A program made the translations under genes and the position numbers. Below the pieces are notes generated by a model. The model saw only the letters and a program-made list of their open reading frames with translations. It was not told the DNA's origin and did not search any database. Below, piece after piece: positions 38,005-46,864 of a stretch of 64,000 nt of DNA. The DNA is from a virus. Its lineage: Duplodnaviria; Heunggongvirae; Uroviricota; Caudoviricetes. The DNA lies in the IMG/VR virus record IMGVR_UViG_3300028534_000019, positions 31,091-95,090 of that record. The stretch is one strand, 5' to 3'. The stretch's first letter is position 1; the number at the start of each line of letters is the position of its first letter.

Positions 38005-38172
38005 ATGGTAGTAAATGATTTAAGAGTTATGCTAAGTACAGCATTAGAAATTATTGGTGATAGAAATGCTTTACCATCAGATAAAGATAAAATTATTCTA
38101 TTGATGAAGAGTGAAGCAACAACACATAATCTTGAAGAAATAGAAAAGATTTGTGAAAAATATAAAGGATAG
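38005..38172 (+). CDS. possible small ORF (~55 aa) not in the ORF track
   Basis: ATG at 38005 overlapping the previous stop. Open to a TAG at about 38170. Fills the gap before the CCA-enzyme gene. Confidence 0.3.
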   Translation: MVVNDLRVMLSTALEIIGDRNALPSDKDKIILLMKSEATTHNLEEIEKICEKYKG

Positions 38173-38174
38173 TA

Positions 38175-39122
38175 ATGTTTGTTGTTAGAAAATTGCTTGA
38201 AGAAGCAAATGATAATTATTTTAAAAGACTTAATGATAATGAAATATCTAAAAATGATATAGAAATTTATGAAACTATTTTCCCTATTAGAAAATTAGAT
38301 GCTAGAAAATTAGATGATTTTGTTTCTAAAACTAACATTGATAATCTATTAATTAAAATTTCAAAACTAGATAATTCTTATATTAAAACTTTACTTAATG
38401 ATGTAATACTGATATTATCTAATGAAAAACCAAACTCAAGTCTAGCAGAAAATCTAAATCTTGTAAAAATGAGAATTGAAATAGATTTAGATGATGATGT
38501 TAAAAATTTTATATATGCTGAGGATATTATAGAAGTTTTAAAAACATTACCTAAAAGAACATTTATTGTAGGTGGTTTTGTTAGAGATTCAATAGCTAAT
38601 AGAAGTGCTAATGATATGGATTTTTGTACTGAAAATAGCTATGAAGATGTAAAAAAAGTTTTTGAAAAAAATAAAAACTTCTCTATTAAAGAAACAGGTA
38701 AACATTTTTCTGTTTTGATTGTTACAGATAAAAATAATCTTGAATCTTTTGAAATTGCTCAATTAAGAAAAGACAAAGATAATGGTGGTGCTGAAATAGG
38801 AACTATTATAGATGATGCTGAAAGAAGAGATTTTATGAATAGTGCTATTTACTTTGATATTAATTCTAAAGTATTAATTGACCCTCACGGTCAATCAATA
38901 GATGATAGTGTCAGAAATGTAATTAGATTTATTGGCAAACCTGAGGATAGAATAAAAGAAGACCCTCTAAGGGTTCTAAGATTTTATAGATTTATGGGTA
39001 GAGGTTGGGTAGCTGATTCAAAATCATTAAAAGCAGTGAGAACTAATTTTAGTTTAATGATGAATGAAACATCTCATAATAGAGTTATGAGTGAAATTGA
39101 AAAAATGGTAATGGGAGCATAA
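38175..39122 (+). CDS. cca: tRNA nucleotidyltransferase (CCA-adding enzyme, class II head domain)
   Basis: FIVGGFVRDSI (GGxVRD), NDMDFC (DxD), DAERRDFMNSAIYFD (RRD motif), EDPLRVLRFYRF (EDxxR). Confidence 0.8.
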   Translation: MFVVRKLLEEANDNYFKRLNDNEISKNDIEIYETIFPIRKLDARKLDDFVSKTNIDNLLIKISKLDNSYIKTLLNDVILILSNEKPNSSLAENLNLVKMRIEIDLDDDVKNFIYAEDIIEVLKTLPKRTFIVGGFVRDSIANRSANDMDFCTENSYEDVKKVFEKNKNFSIKETGKHFSVLIVTDKNNLESFEIAQLRKDKDNGGAEIGTIIDDAERRDFMNSAIYFDINSKVLIDPHGQSIDDSVRNVIRFIGKPEDRIKEDPLRVLRFYRFMGRGWVADSKSLKAVRTNFSLMMNETSHNRVMSEIEKMVMGA

Positions 39123-39353
39123 ATGAATTGTACAGTTTTATATAAAGACAAAGATTATGATATAACAGTGAAAGGTTTTAAAAACATTACAGAAGCAGAG
39201 GATTTTATTCAAGATAAAACTGAAGATGATGAATGTTATGAACCGAGAATAATGGTTGATTATCCAATCATTCAACAACAAGAAGAAACAATAAAACTAT
39301 TAAGAAGTTTACTTGAATCTTTTGCTAATGATTTTAAAGTAAAAAGATTATAA
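39123..39353 (+). CDS. hypothetical small protein
   Basis: 76-aa ORF. Confidence 0.4.
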   Translation: MNCTVLYKDKDYDITVKGFKNITEAEDFIQDKTEDDECYEPRIMVDYPIIQQQEETIKLLRSLLESFANDFKVKRL

Positions 39354-39451
39354 ATATCTTTGATATTTTATAAAAAATTAAGTAAAGTTAGAGTATAATT
39401 ACACATACAAAAAGGATATGTTGTTTTAATTATAAAAACTTTACTTACTAT

Positions 39452-39772
39452 GGGGATGATATGGTTTCGACTGGAAGTCATAGCACTAATGATACCTTTT
39501 AAAATTAAACGCAAACAACACAGATTACACTGGTAACACAGTGCTTTCAGCATAGTCTAAGGACTTGACTGAGGGGTTTTTAAGTTTTACCTTGCAACAG
39601 AAAAACTTATCCTTTTCGTTTTATATGGTTGTATGTCCTTAACATACATTAAAGTTTGTAATCTTTTCAAAATTACACATAAAAGTTAATAGTTCTTGGT
39701 TCTTTTAAAAACTAGAACATATCATTAGTGTGGATTTTTAGGACTCGGGTTCAATTCCCGACATCTCCACCA
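39452..39772 (+). ncRNA. ssrA: tmRNA (ssrA), about 321 nt
   Basis: 5' GGGGAUG pairs with 3' CAUCUCC-ACCA, giving an acceptor stem with a G3:U wobble (Ala identity). 3' tRNA-like GGACUCGGGUUCAAUUCCCGA T-arm. Encoded CCA. Internal tag ORF GCA AAC AAC ACA GAT TAC ACT GGT AAC ACA GTG CTT TCA GCA TAG gives ANNTDYTGNTVLSA-stop. Coordinates are +/-1 to 2. Confidence 0.85.
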
Positions 39773-39843
39773 ATCAAAAAATATTTTTAAAGTTTATAAT
39801 AAATAGATTTTTAAAATATTTTTAAAAATATAAAAGGATTATA

Positions 39844-41706
39844 ATGAGTCAAGATATTGTTTTAGGTATTGATTTAGGTACAACAATGAGTGTAATATCA
39901 TATTACGACCCCCACGAAAAAGCAGTCAAACTTATTAAAGATAAAGAACAAAAAGTTTTATTTCCATCAGTTGTTGCTTTGGTTGATGGTAAATGGGAAG
40001 TTGGTGAAAGGGCTTTAGAACAATATGAAGTAACTCCTGAATTAACAATAAGAAATATTAAAAGACTTATGGGAACACCATTTTATTCTGATGGATGTAA
40101 ACAAGCAAAAAATATAATCAGTTCAAAAGTTGTTAATATGGATGGTATGGCAGGTGTTGAGTTGATGGGTAAACAATATTCACCTGAAGAAATTTCCTCA
40201 ATCATTCTTAGTTTTTTAAAAGATACAGCAGAAAAACATTTTGAAAGATTGAAATTAGATTATAATATTAGTGGTGTTGTTATAACAGTTCCAGCATACT
40301 TCAATCATAACCAAAGAACAGCCACAAGGCGTGCTGGAGAGGTAGCTGGACTAAATGTATTAAGGATAGTTAATGAGCCGACAGCGGCTTCTCTTGCTTA
40401 TGGTTTACAAAATAAAGAAGATGGTAAAATAGTAGCAGTTGATTTAGGTGGTGGTACATTTGATGTATCAGTAATTGATATTTCTGATAGTACATATAAA
40501 GTTCTAAGTACAAATGGTAACTCTTATTTTGGTGGAGAAGACCTAAATAATAAAATTTTTAAAAATTTAGTAGATTTTATAAAGGCTAATATTGGAATAG
40601 ATATTACACTAAGTGATAGGTCACAAGCAATATTAAATGAAGAAATAGAGAGAGTAAAACAAGAACTTTCTTTTAATAAATCTTCTTACCTAAATGCTAA
40701 TGATATTTTTGAAAAAGACCCTTATAATTTTTCAGCTAAGATTACAAGAGAAGAATTAGAAGAAATTCTTGATTTTGGAGAAGTTAAAAAACACATAATT
40801 AAGGCTATTGAAGATGCTGATGTAAAATATGAAGAAATACAAGATGTTGTTTTAGTTGGTGGTTCAACAAGAATACCTATGTTGAAAAAAATAGTTTCTA
40901 AATTATTTGATGGTAGAGAACTTTATGATAAATTAAACCCTGATGAGGTAGTTTCAATAGGTGCTTCTATTCAGGGTGCTATTATTTCAGGTTATATTGA
41001 TGATATTTTGTTAATTGATGTTGCTTCTTTATCTTTGGGTATAAAATTAGATGACGAAACATTTTTACCAATTATTAAAAAAGGAACAGTATTACCAGCA
41101 GAATTTAATGATAATGTTACAACTTCTGAGAATGACCAAAAATTCTTAGTTTTTAATATAGCCCAAGGTGAAGCAGAAAAATTTAGTGATAATATTTTCT
41201 TAGGTAACTTTATTTTTGAGGGTTTTGATACCGGACCGGCAGGTTATCCAAACATAACTGTAACAATAAAACAAAATTTAGATGGTATTATAGAAGTATT
41301 AGTTAAAGATGAAAATTCTAAAGCAAAAGAAACTTATCTCATTGAGGGTGAATATAATATTTCACAAAGTAGAATACAAGAATTAACAGCTAAAAATGAA
41401 GAAAGTAATGAAGAAAACAAAGAAGAAAATGAAAGAAAAAGATGTTTATCGAGAATAAAATATAAATTGTTTGAAATTGAAAGATATGCTGAAAAATTTG
41501 ATTCTGAGAGAATGAGAGAATTATATAAAAATGGTTTGGATGCCATAAAAGAAGATAAACTAAAAGCAAGTGATTTATCAGTTATAGAAAATTATCTATC
41601 AAGTAGATATTTTAGTGTTATGGCTTCACACCAAAAAGAAATAGAAAACAAATTAGAAGAAAATGCTAGAAATTATGCTAAAAAACTTAGAAAAAAGGAA
41701 AAATAA
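39844..41706 (+). CDS. second, divergent Hsp70-family chaperone
   Basis: [25 protein letters not shown] motifs. 620 aa. SBD-like C-terminal half. Confidence 0.9.
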   Translation: MSQDIVLGIDLGTTMSVISYYDPHEKAVKLIKDKEQKVLFPSVVALVDGKWEVGERALEQYEVTPELTIRNIKRLMGTPFYSDGCKQAKNIISSKVVNMDGMAGVELMGKQYSPEEISSIILSFLKDTAEKHFERLKLDYNISGVVITVPAYFNHNQRTATRRAGEVAGLNVLRIVNEPTAASLAYGLQNKEDGKIVAVDLGGGTFDVSVIDISDSTYKVLSTNGNSYFGGEDLNNKIFKNLVDFIKANIGIDITLSDRSQAILNEEIERVKQELSFNKSSYLNANDIFEKDPYNFSAKITREELEEILDFGEVKKHIIKAIEDADVKYEEIQDVVLVGGSTRIPMLKKIVSKLFDGRELYDKLNPDEVVSIGASIQGAIISGYIDDILLIDVASLSLGIKLDDETFLPIIKKGTVLPAEFNDNVTTSENDQKFLVFNIAQGEAEKFSDNIFLGNFIFEGFDTGPAGYPNITVTIKQNLDGIIEVLVKDENSKAKETYLIEGEYNISQSRIQELTAKNEESNEENKEENERKRCLSRIKYKLFEIERYAEKFDSERMRELYKNGLDAIKEDKLKASDLSVIENYLSSRYFSVMASHQKEIENKLEENARNYAKKLRKKEK

Positions 41707-42164
41707 TGTTTTATGATAGAGATACAATGGATATGTTATTAGAAAGTTCTTATAGAACTTTCAGATATTTATTTAGACAAGGTAAAAAATTTAGTATAGT
41801 TATTTGGAATAATAATGATTGGAATCATCCATTACCACAAGAAACTATGAAAGCCCACCCTGAGCATATTTTGCTTGATATTAATAGCCAAGAAATAGAA
41901 AGAAGTGAAATCTTAGAAGATGGTTCTGTATTACTTAGATTAATTTTTGGTGAAACACATTATGAAAAAGTTATATTACCAAAAGATATTATAGCAATTT
42001 TAGATGGAAGTGGTAGAGCAATACATTCAAATAACTTTAAGGATGTAGCAAAAGAAGAATTACTTGATAGTGTATTTAGTTTAAATGATTTATATGAAAC
42101 TTTATTAGCATCAGGTGTAGAAGATGAAAATATTATAAAATCAATGGAAGCATTCGGATTATGA
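41706..42164 (+). CDS. hypothetical protein
   Basis: 152-aa ORF overlapping the Hsp70-2 stop. Confidence 0.4.
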   Translation: MFYDRDTMDMLLESSYRTFRYLFRQGKKFSIVIWNNNDWNHPLPQETMKAHPEHILLDINSQEIERSEILEDGSVLLRLIFGETHYEKVILPKDIIAILDGSGRAIHSNNFKDVAKEELLDSVFSLNDLYETLLASGVEDENIIKSMEAFGL

Positions 42165-42364
42165 CAGATTATAGAAAGATTACAACAAAAACAACAAAAA
42201 GAAAATTAATTGAAACATATATGTCAAATAACAATATATTTGTAAATTCAGTTTTAACACAAATTTTTGAGAAAATTGATATTGGTTTATCAACAGGTTC
42301 TTGGAAAGTTAGAATTATTGATGAAGAATTAGAAATAATCCATATTATAGAAATAATTAAATAA
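42161..42364 (+). CDS. hypothetical small protein
   Basis: 67-aa ORF. Confidence 0.35.
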   Translation: MTDYRKITTKTTKRKLIETYMSNNNIFVNSVLTQIFEKIDIGLSTGSWKVRIIDEELEIIHIIEIIK

Positions 42365-42405
42365 AAATATACTATAATATTACATATAAAATAAAAAGGA
42401 AATAG

Positions 42406-42903
42406 ATGAAAACTGAAAATCAAAGAATTAAAGAATGGAATGAAGAAAGAGGTTTAATAAAAACACCAAAAGATATTAATTTAGTTAATGAATTTTCTTT
42501 CATTGTTGAAGAAATATTAGAAGGTTTAACAAATCTTAAAAGTGAAGAAGCAAGAGAATATGCCAAAACACTAACAAAAACAATAGCAAGTGGGAATATC
42601 AAATACTTATGTGATTTAATAGAAGAACATAATTTAGATATTGAACAAGATGGTGGAGATGAAATTATACCTTTAAGCAATGATGAAGTAGTAGATGCTT
42701 TATGTGATATTAAGGTATTTGCTAGTGGTTCAATAAGAAAATTAGGCTATGATGCTGATATTGCTATGGATGAAACACTTAAAGAAATTGAATCAAGAGT
42801 TGGAAAACAAATTGATGGTAAATTTGTTAAAGATAAATCTGATGAAGCAAAAGCAAAATGGTACAAAGCAGATTATTCACTAGCAATTGTTGAAACATTG
42901 TAA
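42406..42903 (+). CDS. hypothetical protein (possibly MazG-like NTP pyrophosphohydrolase; weak)
   Basis: The N-terminal IKEWNEERGL...EFSFIVEEILE resembles the MazG/HisE helical EExxE region. Impression only. Confidence 0.3.
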   Translation: MKTENQRIKEWNEERGLIKTPKDINLVNEFSFIVEEILEGLTNLKSEEAREYAKTLTKTIASGNIKYLCDLIEEHNLDIEQDGGDEIIPLSNDEVVDALCDIKVFASGSIRKLGYDADIAMDETLKEIESRVGKQIDGKFVKDKSDEAKAKWYKADYSLAIVETL

Positions 42904-42972
42904 AATATTAAGAAATATATAAGTATAAATAGTGTAAAATTTTATTATAAATATTCATAAAGAGGAATAAAA

Positions 42973-43482
42973 ATGAAAAGTTTTACAGATATACTTATAG
43001 AAAGTACAGAACAAGATGAAGTGGTAATAGGAATTAATAATTTTATAAAACAAGTAGAAAAAGATTTTCATAGCCATTTTCCAAATGGATATATCAATAT
43101 TAATTATGGTACAGGTGGTTTAACTGAGCATATTTCAGGTACTTTTGGTATGATTGGAAATTTAAAAGATAATACCCACGGTATAGCTGGAAATGATAAA
43201 ATGAAACACGGCTTCATTATGTTCCCTGTAAACAAAGAAAGAACTTTATGGAGTTTTAAAGTTTCAGGTAGTAGTTGTATATATATTAAACCAGCACCTG
43301 ATTCTTATAATGCTATGGATAGAATTAAAACGAAATTAGGTAATAATTCTAAAATCACTTTAGATAAGGCAGAAGTAAAATTCAGAAAATTCTTCAAAAA
43401 ACTTTCAGATTTAATGAAAGAAAACAAACAAAATATTTTTGGTGTTGAAGATATTGATAAAAAATATTTGGTTTTTAAATAG
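42973..43482 (+). CDS. hypothetical protein
   Basis: 169-aa ORF. Confidence 0.4.
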   Translation: MKSFTDILIESTEQDEVVIGINNFIKQVEKDFHSHFPNGYININYGTGGLTEHISGTFGMIGNLKDNTHGIAGNDKMKHGFIMFPVNKERTLWSFKVSGSSCIYIKPAPDSYNAMDRIKTKLGNNSKITLDKAEVKFRKFFKKLSDLMKENKQNIFGVEDIDKKYLVFK

Positions 43483-43497
43483 AAATAAAGGTATTTA

Positions 43498-43989
43498 GTG
43501 AAAAAATATGATAATGTGTTAATGATTAATGCTAAATCTTGGGCAAAACAGAGTTACTGTAATAGAAAAAAAGTAGGTGCTGTTTTAGCCAAAGATGGTA
43601 GGATTTTAGCAACAGGTTATAATGGTACTATCTCAGGTACTGAAAATTGTTGTGAAGAAAAATGTGATGTTTGTAATGGTACAGGTAGGTCATATTTAGA
43701 TGATGAAGAATATTGTCCTAGATGTAATGGTGGTGGTAAAATTACAAATGATTTTACATTACACGCTGAACAAAATATAATTACATTTTGTGCTAAAGAA
43801 GGAATACCAACAAAAGATACTACGATTTACATTACTCTAAGCCCTTGTAAAACTTGTGCTAAATTAATTGCTCAAAGTGGTATTAAAAGAGTTGTGTATA
43901 ATGAACAATATAGAGATACATCAGGTGTTGATTTTCTTAAAAATCTTGGAATACAATGTGAACAACATAATACAAAAGGAAAAGAATGA
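43498..43989 (+). CDS. cd: dCMP/cytidine deaminase (zinc-dependent), GTG start
   Basis: HAE...PC..C zinc ligands (LHAEQNII, SPCKTCAKLI). An extra Cys-rich insertion. Confidence 0.75.
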   Translation: MKKYDNVLMINAKSWAKQSYCNRKKVGAVLAKDGRILATGYNGTISGTENCCEEKCDVCNGTGRSYLDDEEYCPRCNGGGKITNDFTLHAEQNIITFCAKEGIPTKDTTIYITLSPCKTCAKLIAQSGIKRVVYNEQYRDTSGVDFLKNLGIQCEQHNTKGKE

Positions 43990-44579
43990 AAAAAACATTA
44001 ACAGGTACTAGTTTAGCTGGTGGAAGTGTAAATTATGATAGAGTAGAAAATGATTTTTATGCTACTGATAAGAATAGTACTAGAGGTTTATTGGATATAC
44101 ATAATATAGAATCTGATAGTTTTTATGAACCTTGTGTTGGTCAAGGGCATATAGTTGAAGTTCTTAAAGAATATTTTCCAAATGCTGAATATACTTATAG
44201 TGATTTAGTTGATAGAGGTTATGAAAATACACAAATTTTTGATTATCTAAATACTGAAACAGATATTAAAGCAGATTGGATAATCACTAATCCACCTTAT
44301 AAATTAGCAAAAGAATTTATTTCAAAAAGTTTAACACAAGCTAATAAAGGTGTGGCAATGTTTCTTAAAATCCAATTTTTAGAAGGACAAGCTAGAAAAG
44401 AATGGTTTAAAAACACACCATTAAAATATGTATATGTTTTTAGTAAAAGACAAGACCCTTTAAGAGATGGAATGGAATTAAATCCAAAAACAGGTAAAAA
44501 ATGGGGTAGCACTATGTGTTTTGCTTGGTTTGTATGGGAGATTGGATATGAGGGTGAACCAATTATTAGGTGGATATAA
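43986..44579 (+). CDS. NPPY-motif methyltransferase (amino-MTase; N6-adenine DNA or protein/RNA)
   Basis: Motif I-like EPCVGQGHIV and motif IV ITNPPY. Only 197 aa. Confidence 0.5.
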   Translation: MKKTLTGTSLAGGSVNYDRVENDFYATDKNSTRGLLDIHNIESDSFYEPCVGQGHIVEVLKEYFPNAEYTYSDLVDRGYENTQIFDYLNTETDIKADWIITNPPYKLAKEFISKSLTQANKGVAMFLKIQFLEGQARKEWFKNTPLKYVYVFSKRQDPLRDGMELNPKTGKKWGSTMCFAWFVWEIGYEGEPIIRWI

Positions 44580-44794
44580 TGACAAATATTCAAAAAATTA
44601 AATTTGATGCTAAATTTAGTGTTTCATATATGAATGGAAAATATGTTATTTCAGGTTTTAATCATACTTATTCTTTACATATAAAAGATAGATGTGATGA
44701 ATTAAATTATTTCATTGAAGATTATGAATTATGGAATTTAAGAGAAAAAGAATGGGAAGACCTTGTAAATACAATTAAGAAAGAGGGATTTTAA
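44570..44794 (+). CDS. hypothetical small protein
   Basis: 74-aa ORF, last gene of the + block before the inverted tail block. Confidence 0.4.
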   Translation: MDIMTNIQKIKFDAKFSVSYMNGKYVISGFNHTYSLHIKDRCDELNYFIEDYELWNLREKEWEDLVNTIKKEGF

Positions 44795-45411
44795 ATCTCT
44801 CCTGATTGTATTTTACTTAATAAACTAGCTGTATCGCCAATAAAATTATTCTGAATATTAACAGTTTTTTCATCATTTTGTTTTTCTAATTCATAAGCAT
44901 TTAAAAATTTCTTAACTTTAAGTTGTGTTTCAGCAACAGTAGAATAACTATCCATCAATAACTTCATACTTGTAACATTACCTTTTTTAAGTTCAGCATA
45001 TGCCATTAAAACACTACCTGAAACCTCTTCAGAGTGTGATACAGCTAAATCCTTACCTAACTTAGATAAAATCTCTTTCGTCGTCTGTATATCTTCTCTT
45101 AGTGCTTGTTTAACTATATCAAAATCAGTTAATAATTCATCACTCTTTACAATACTTGCTAATGTATCACTATCATTTAAAACAGGAACTTGTTTTATTT
45201 TCTCATCTATTTCTTGTTTTCTTTTTTTAAGATTATCTTCAAGACCATCAGCCTCTAATTCAAAAGCGTCTAACAAACCTAAAAATTTATTTGCTTCTTC
45301 TAATTCTTTAGAAACCTTTTCATTTACATCTTCTATAATTTCTATTTCATCAGTATTATCAGTTGATTTATTTTCTGTAAAATCTATATTATTTTCTTCT
45401 ATATTAGACAT
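44791..45411 (-). CDS. acidic helical protein downstream of gp15 (position of T4 gp16, small terminase; weak)
   Basis: 206 aa, highly acidic N-terminus. Sits where gene 16 follows 15 in T4. No motif confirmation. Confidence 0.4.
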   Translation of the reverse strand: MSNIEENNIDFTENKSTDNTDEIEIIEDVNEKVSKELEEANKFLGLLDAFELEADGLEDNLKKRKQEIDEKIKQVPVLNDSDTLASIVKSDELLTDFDIVKQALREDIQTTKEILSKLGKDLAVSHSEEVSGSVLMAYAELKKGNVTSMKLLMDSYSTVAETQLKVKKFLNAYELEKQNDEKTVNIQNNFIGDTASLLSKIQSGEI

Positions 45412-45434
45412 TTAAAACCTTTTTTATTATTTTT

Positions 45435-46223
45435 TTATTCATTTGGATGTGTTATAGTTGTTTTAGCATTATCTATGTTATAATCATCTTCATCTACTTG
45501 TTTTGAATTAATAAAACCTGATAATTCCTCTATCTCATATACTTCACTTTTGTAATTTATTTCAGTTGTAACAGCAGTAGTATAAATTTCAACCTCTTTA
45601 ATAATGTGTGCTTCTTTTATAGGTAAGTATAAATTACCCTTAACAGTTATCGGTACTGAAATTTCAACAAGATATATTTCATCATCATTTGGTTCAGGTA
45701 ATTCAATATCAAAATCACCTAATTGTACTTGTATAGATGTAGGTTCTTCTTGTATATCTAATTCATTAATTTTTAATGTGTAATCAGGTCTAAATAATGG
45801 TGCTATCTGTTCAATGATTATAGTAGCATCAGAAAATGTTTTTGTAGCAATATGTAAAGTAAATTCAAAATCATAAGCAACAGAATTTTTATGAAATAAT
45901 CTTGTAATATCTTCTTTACTTAAATTATCTTTTGATGTTCTGTTTACAATAGAATTTTTATTTGTATTTCTATTTAATGCTTTATTTAAGCCATTAAATT
46001 CTAAAGCCATTCTTGGTAATACATTAACATTACCATTATTAATATTTTCTATATCATAATCACTCAACATAAAAGCAATATTTCTATTCCCAAATTTTAT
46101 AGGTACTTTTGTATCTGAAATTCTTTTACCTGTATTATCAAATCTTGGTACACTAATATCATTAAATAAATCTATCAAAGCAATAGTATAATTTTTAGTT
46201 GAGTTGTGGTAAAAGTAGTTCAT
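45435..46223 (-). CDS. 15: tail sheath stabiliser / tail completion protein, T4 gp15 family
   Basis: N-terminus MNYFYHNSTKNYTIALIDLFNDISV vs T4 gp15 MFGYFYNSSFRRYATLMGDLFSNIQI. Length 262 vs 272. Confidence 0.7.
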   Translation of the reverse strand: MNYFYHNSTKNYTIALIDLFNDISVPRFDNTGKRISDTKVPIKFGNRNIAFMLSDYDIENINNGNVNVLPRMALEFNGLNKALNRNTNKNSIVNRTSKDNLSKEDITRLFHKNSVAYDFEFTLHIATKTFSDATIIIEQIAPLFRPDYTLKINELDIQEEPTSIQVQLGDFDIELPEPNDDEIYLVEISVPITVKGNLYLPIKEAHIIKEVEIYTTAVTTEINYKSEVYEIEELSGFINSKQVDEDDYNIDNAKTTITHPNE

Positions 46224-46260
46224 AATTTTCCTTGTTAAAATATGTTATTTTATATTAATA

Positions 46261-46280
46261 TTCTTAGGAAAAATCCTAAG
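46261..46280. terminator. hairpin TCTTAGGA-AAAA-TCCTAAGA between the tail-tube gene and gp15, followed by T6 on the + strand
   Basis: Perfect 8-bp stem and 4-nt loop seen in the sequence. Lies immediately 3' of the 46290..46814 gene on the - strand. Likely an attenuating or 3'-protective structure, possibly bidirectional. Confidence 0.4.
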
Positions 46281-46289
46281 AATAATTTT

Positions 46290-46814
46290 TTACATTTTAA
46301 TCCAGTGAGTAAATGCAAAATCAACAGTAAACTCAGTTACCATATCATTACTTTCATCAGCCATATCAATAGAACTGATATTAGTCGGCCAAAGGTTTCT
46401 AAATTGATAAGTAAGTTTTACACTATTATCTCTTGTATCTAATTGTTGAATTTGTGCTGTTTCAGTCATATAAGAAGCATTAGTAGTAACTTTTCTTTTA
46501 TGATTTTCCATATCATCAATAAATACCAACCAATCATCAAATAATTTTCTTAATTCGTGGTCTTGTGTGTTGTAAAATGTTAAAGACCAAGTATTTTCAT
46601 AAGCCGCATCACCTGCAATTATAAGTTTTCTACCTTGTGTCCAAACCTCAATTTGCCCAATAGATTTAGCTGGTATCGGCCCGCCCTTACAAAGAGTATC
46701 TATCTTTTTATCATCTTTTGGTCCGACAGGAGCCGCCAACATAACTCTATATTTATTTGCTCTTGCACCTAAACCAAGAGTACTTTTTAATTCTTGTACT
46801 TTACTAGAAGCCAT
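46290..46814 (-). CDS. 19: tail tube protein, T4 gp19 family (paralog A)
   Basis: C-terminus RNLWPTNISSIDMADESNDMVTEFTVDFAFTHW vs T4 gp19 GLWPTNVGELQLDWDSNNEIQTFEVTLALDYWE. Confidence 0.8.
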   Translation of the reverse strand: MASSKVQELKSTLGLGARANKYRVMLAAPVGPKDDKKIDTLCKGGPIPAKSIGQIEVWTQGRKLIIAGDAAYENTWSLTFYNTQDHELRKLFDDWLVFIDDMENHKRKVTTNASYMTETAQIQQLDTRDNSVKLTYQFRNLWPTNISSIDMADESNDMVTEFTVDFAFTHWIKM

Positions 46815-46864
46815 AACTTCCTCCTTTTTTTAATCTTAATACAAAATTTGTACTAATTCTTATT

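Noticed and set aside
39511-39535. Shorter alternative tmRNA tag ANNTDYTG-stop
   Set aside because: It requires the same resume codon but is not in frame with the TAA at 39533-39535. In the GCA frame the first in-frame stop is the TAG at 39553-39555, giving the 14-aa tag reported above.
39700-39772. tRNA-like 3' segment (T-arm + acceptor + CCA) that might be called a standalone tRNA
   Set aside because: Its acceptor-stem partner is the GGGGAUG about 320 nt upstream. No D-arm or anticodon arm lies directly adjacent. It is the tRNA-like domain of the tmRNA.
39773-39843. A/T-only palindromes (AAAAATATTTTT; TTTTTAAAATATTTTTAAAAA) after the tmRNA 3' end, as possible terminators
   Set aside because: Stems would be pure A-T and only marginally stable. 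They may still contribute to 3' end formation but cannot be supported as terminators from sequence alone.
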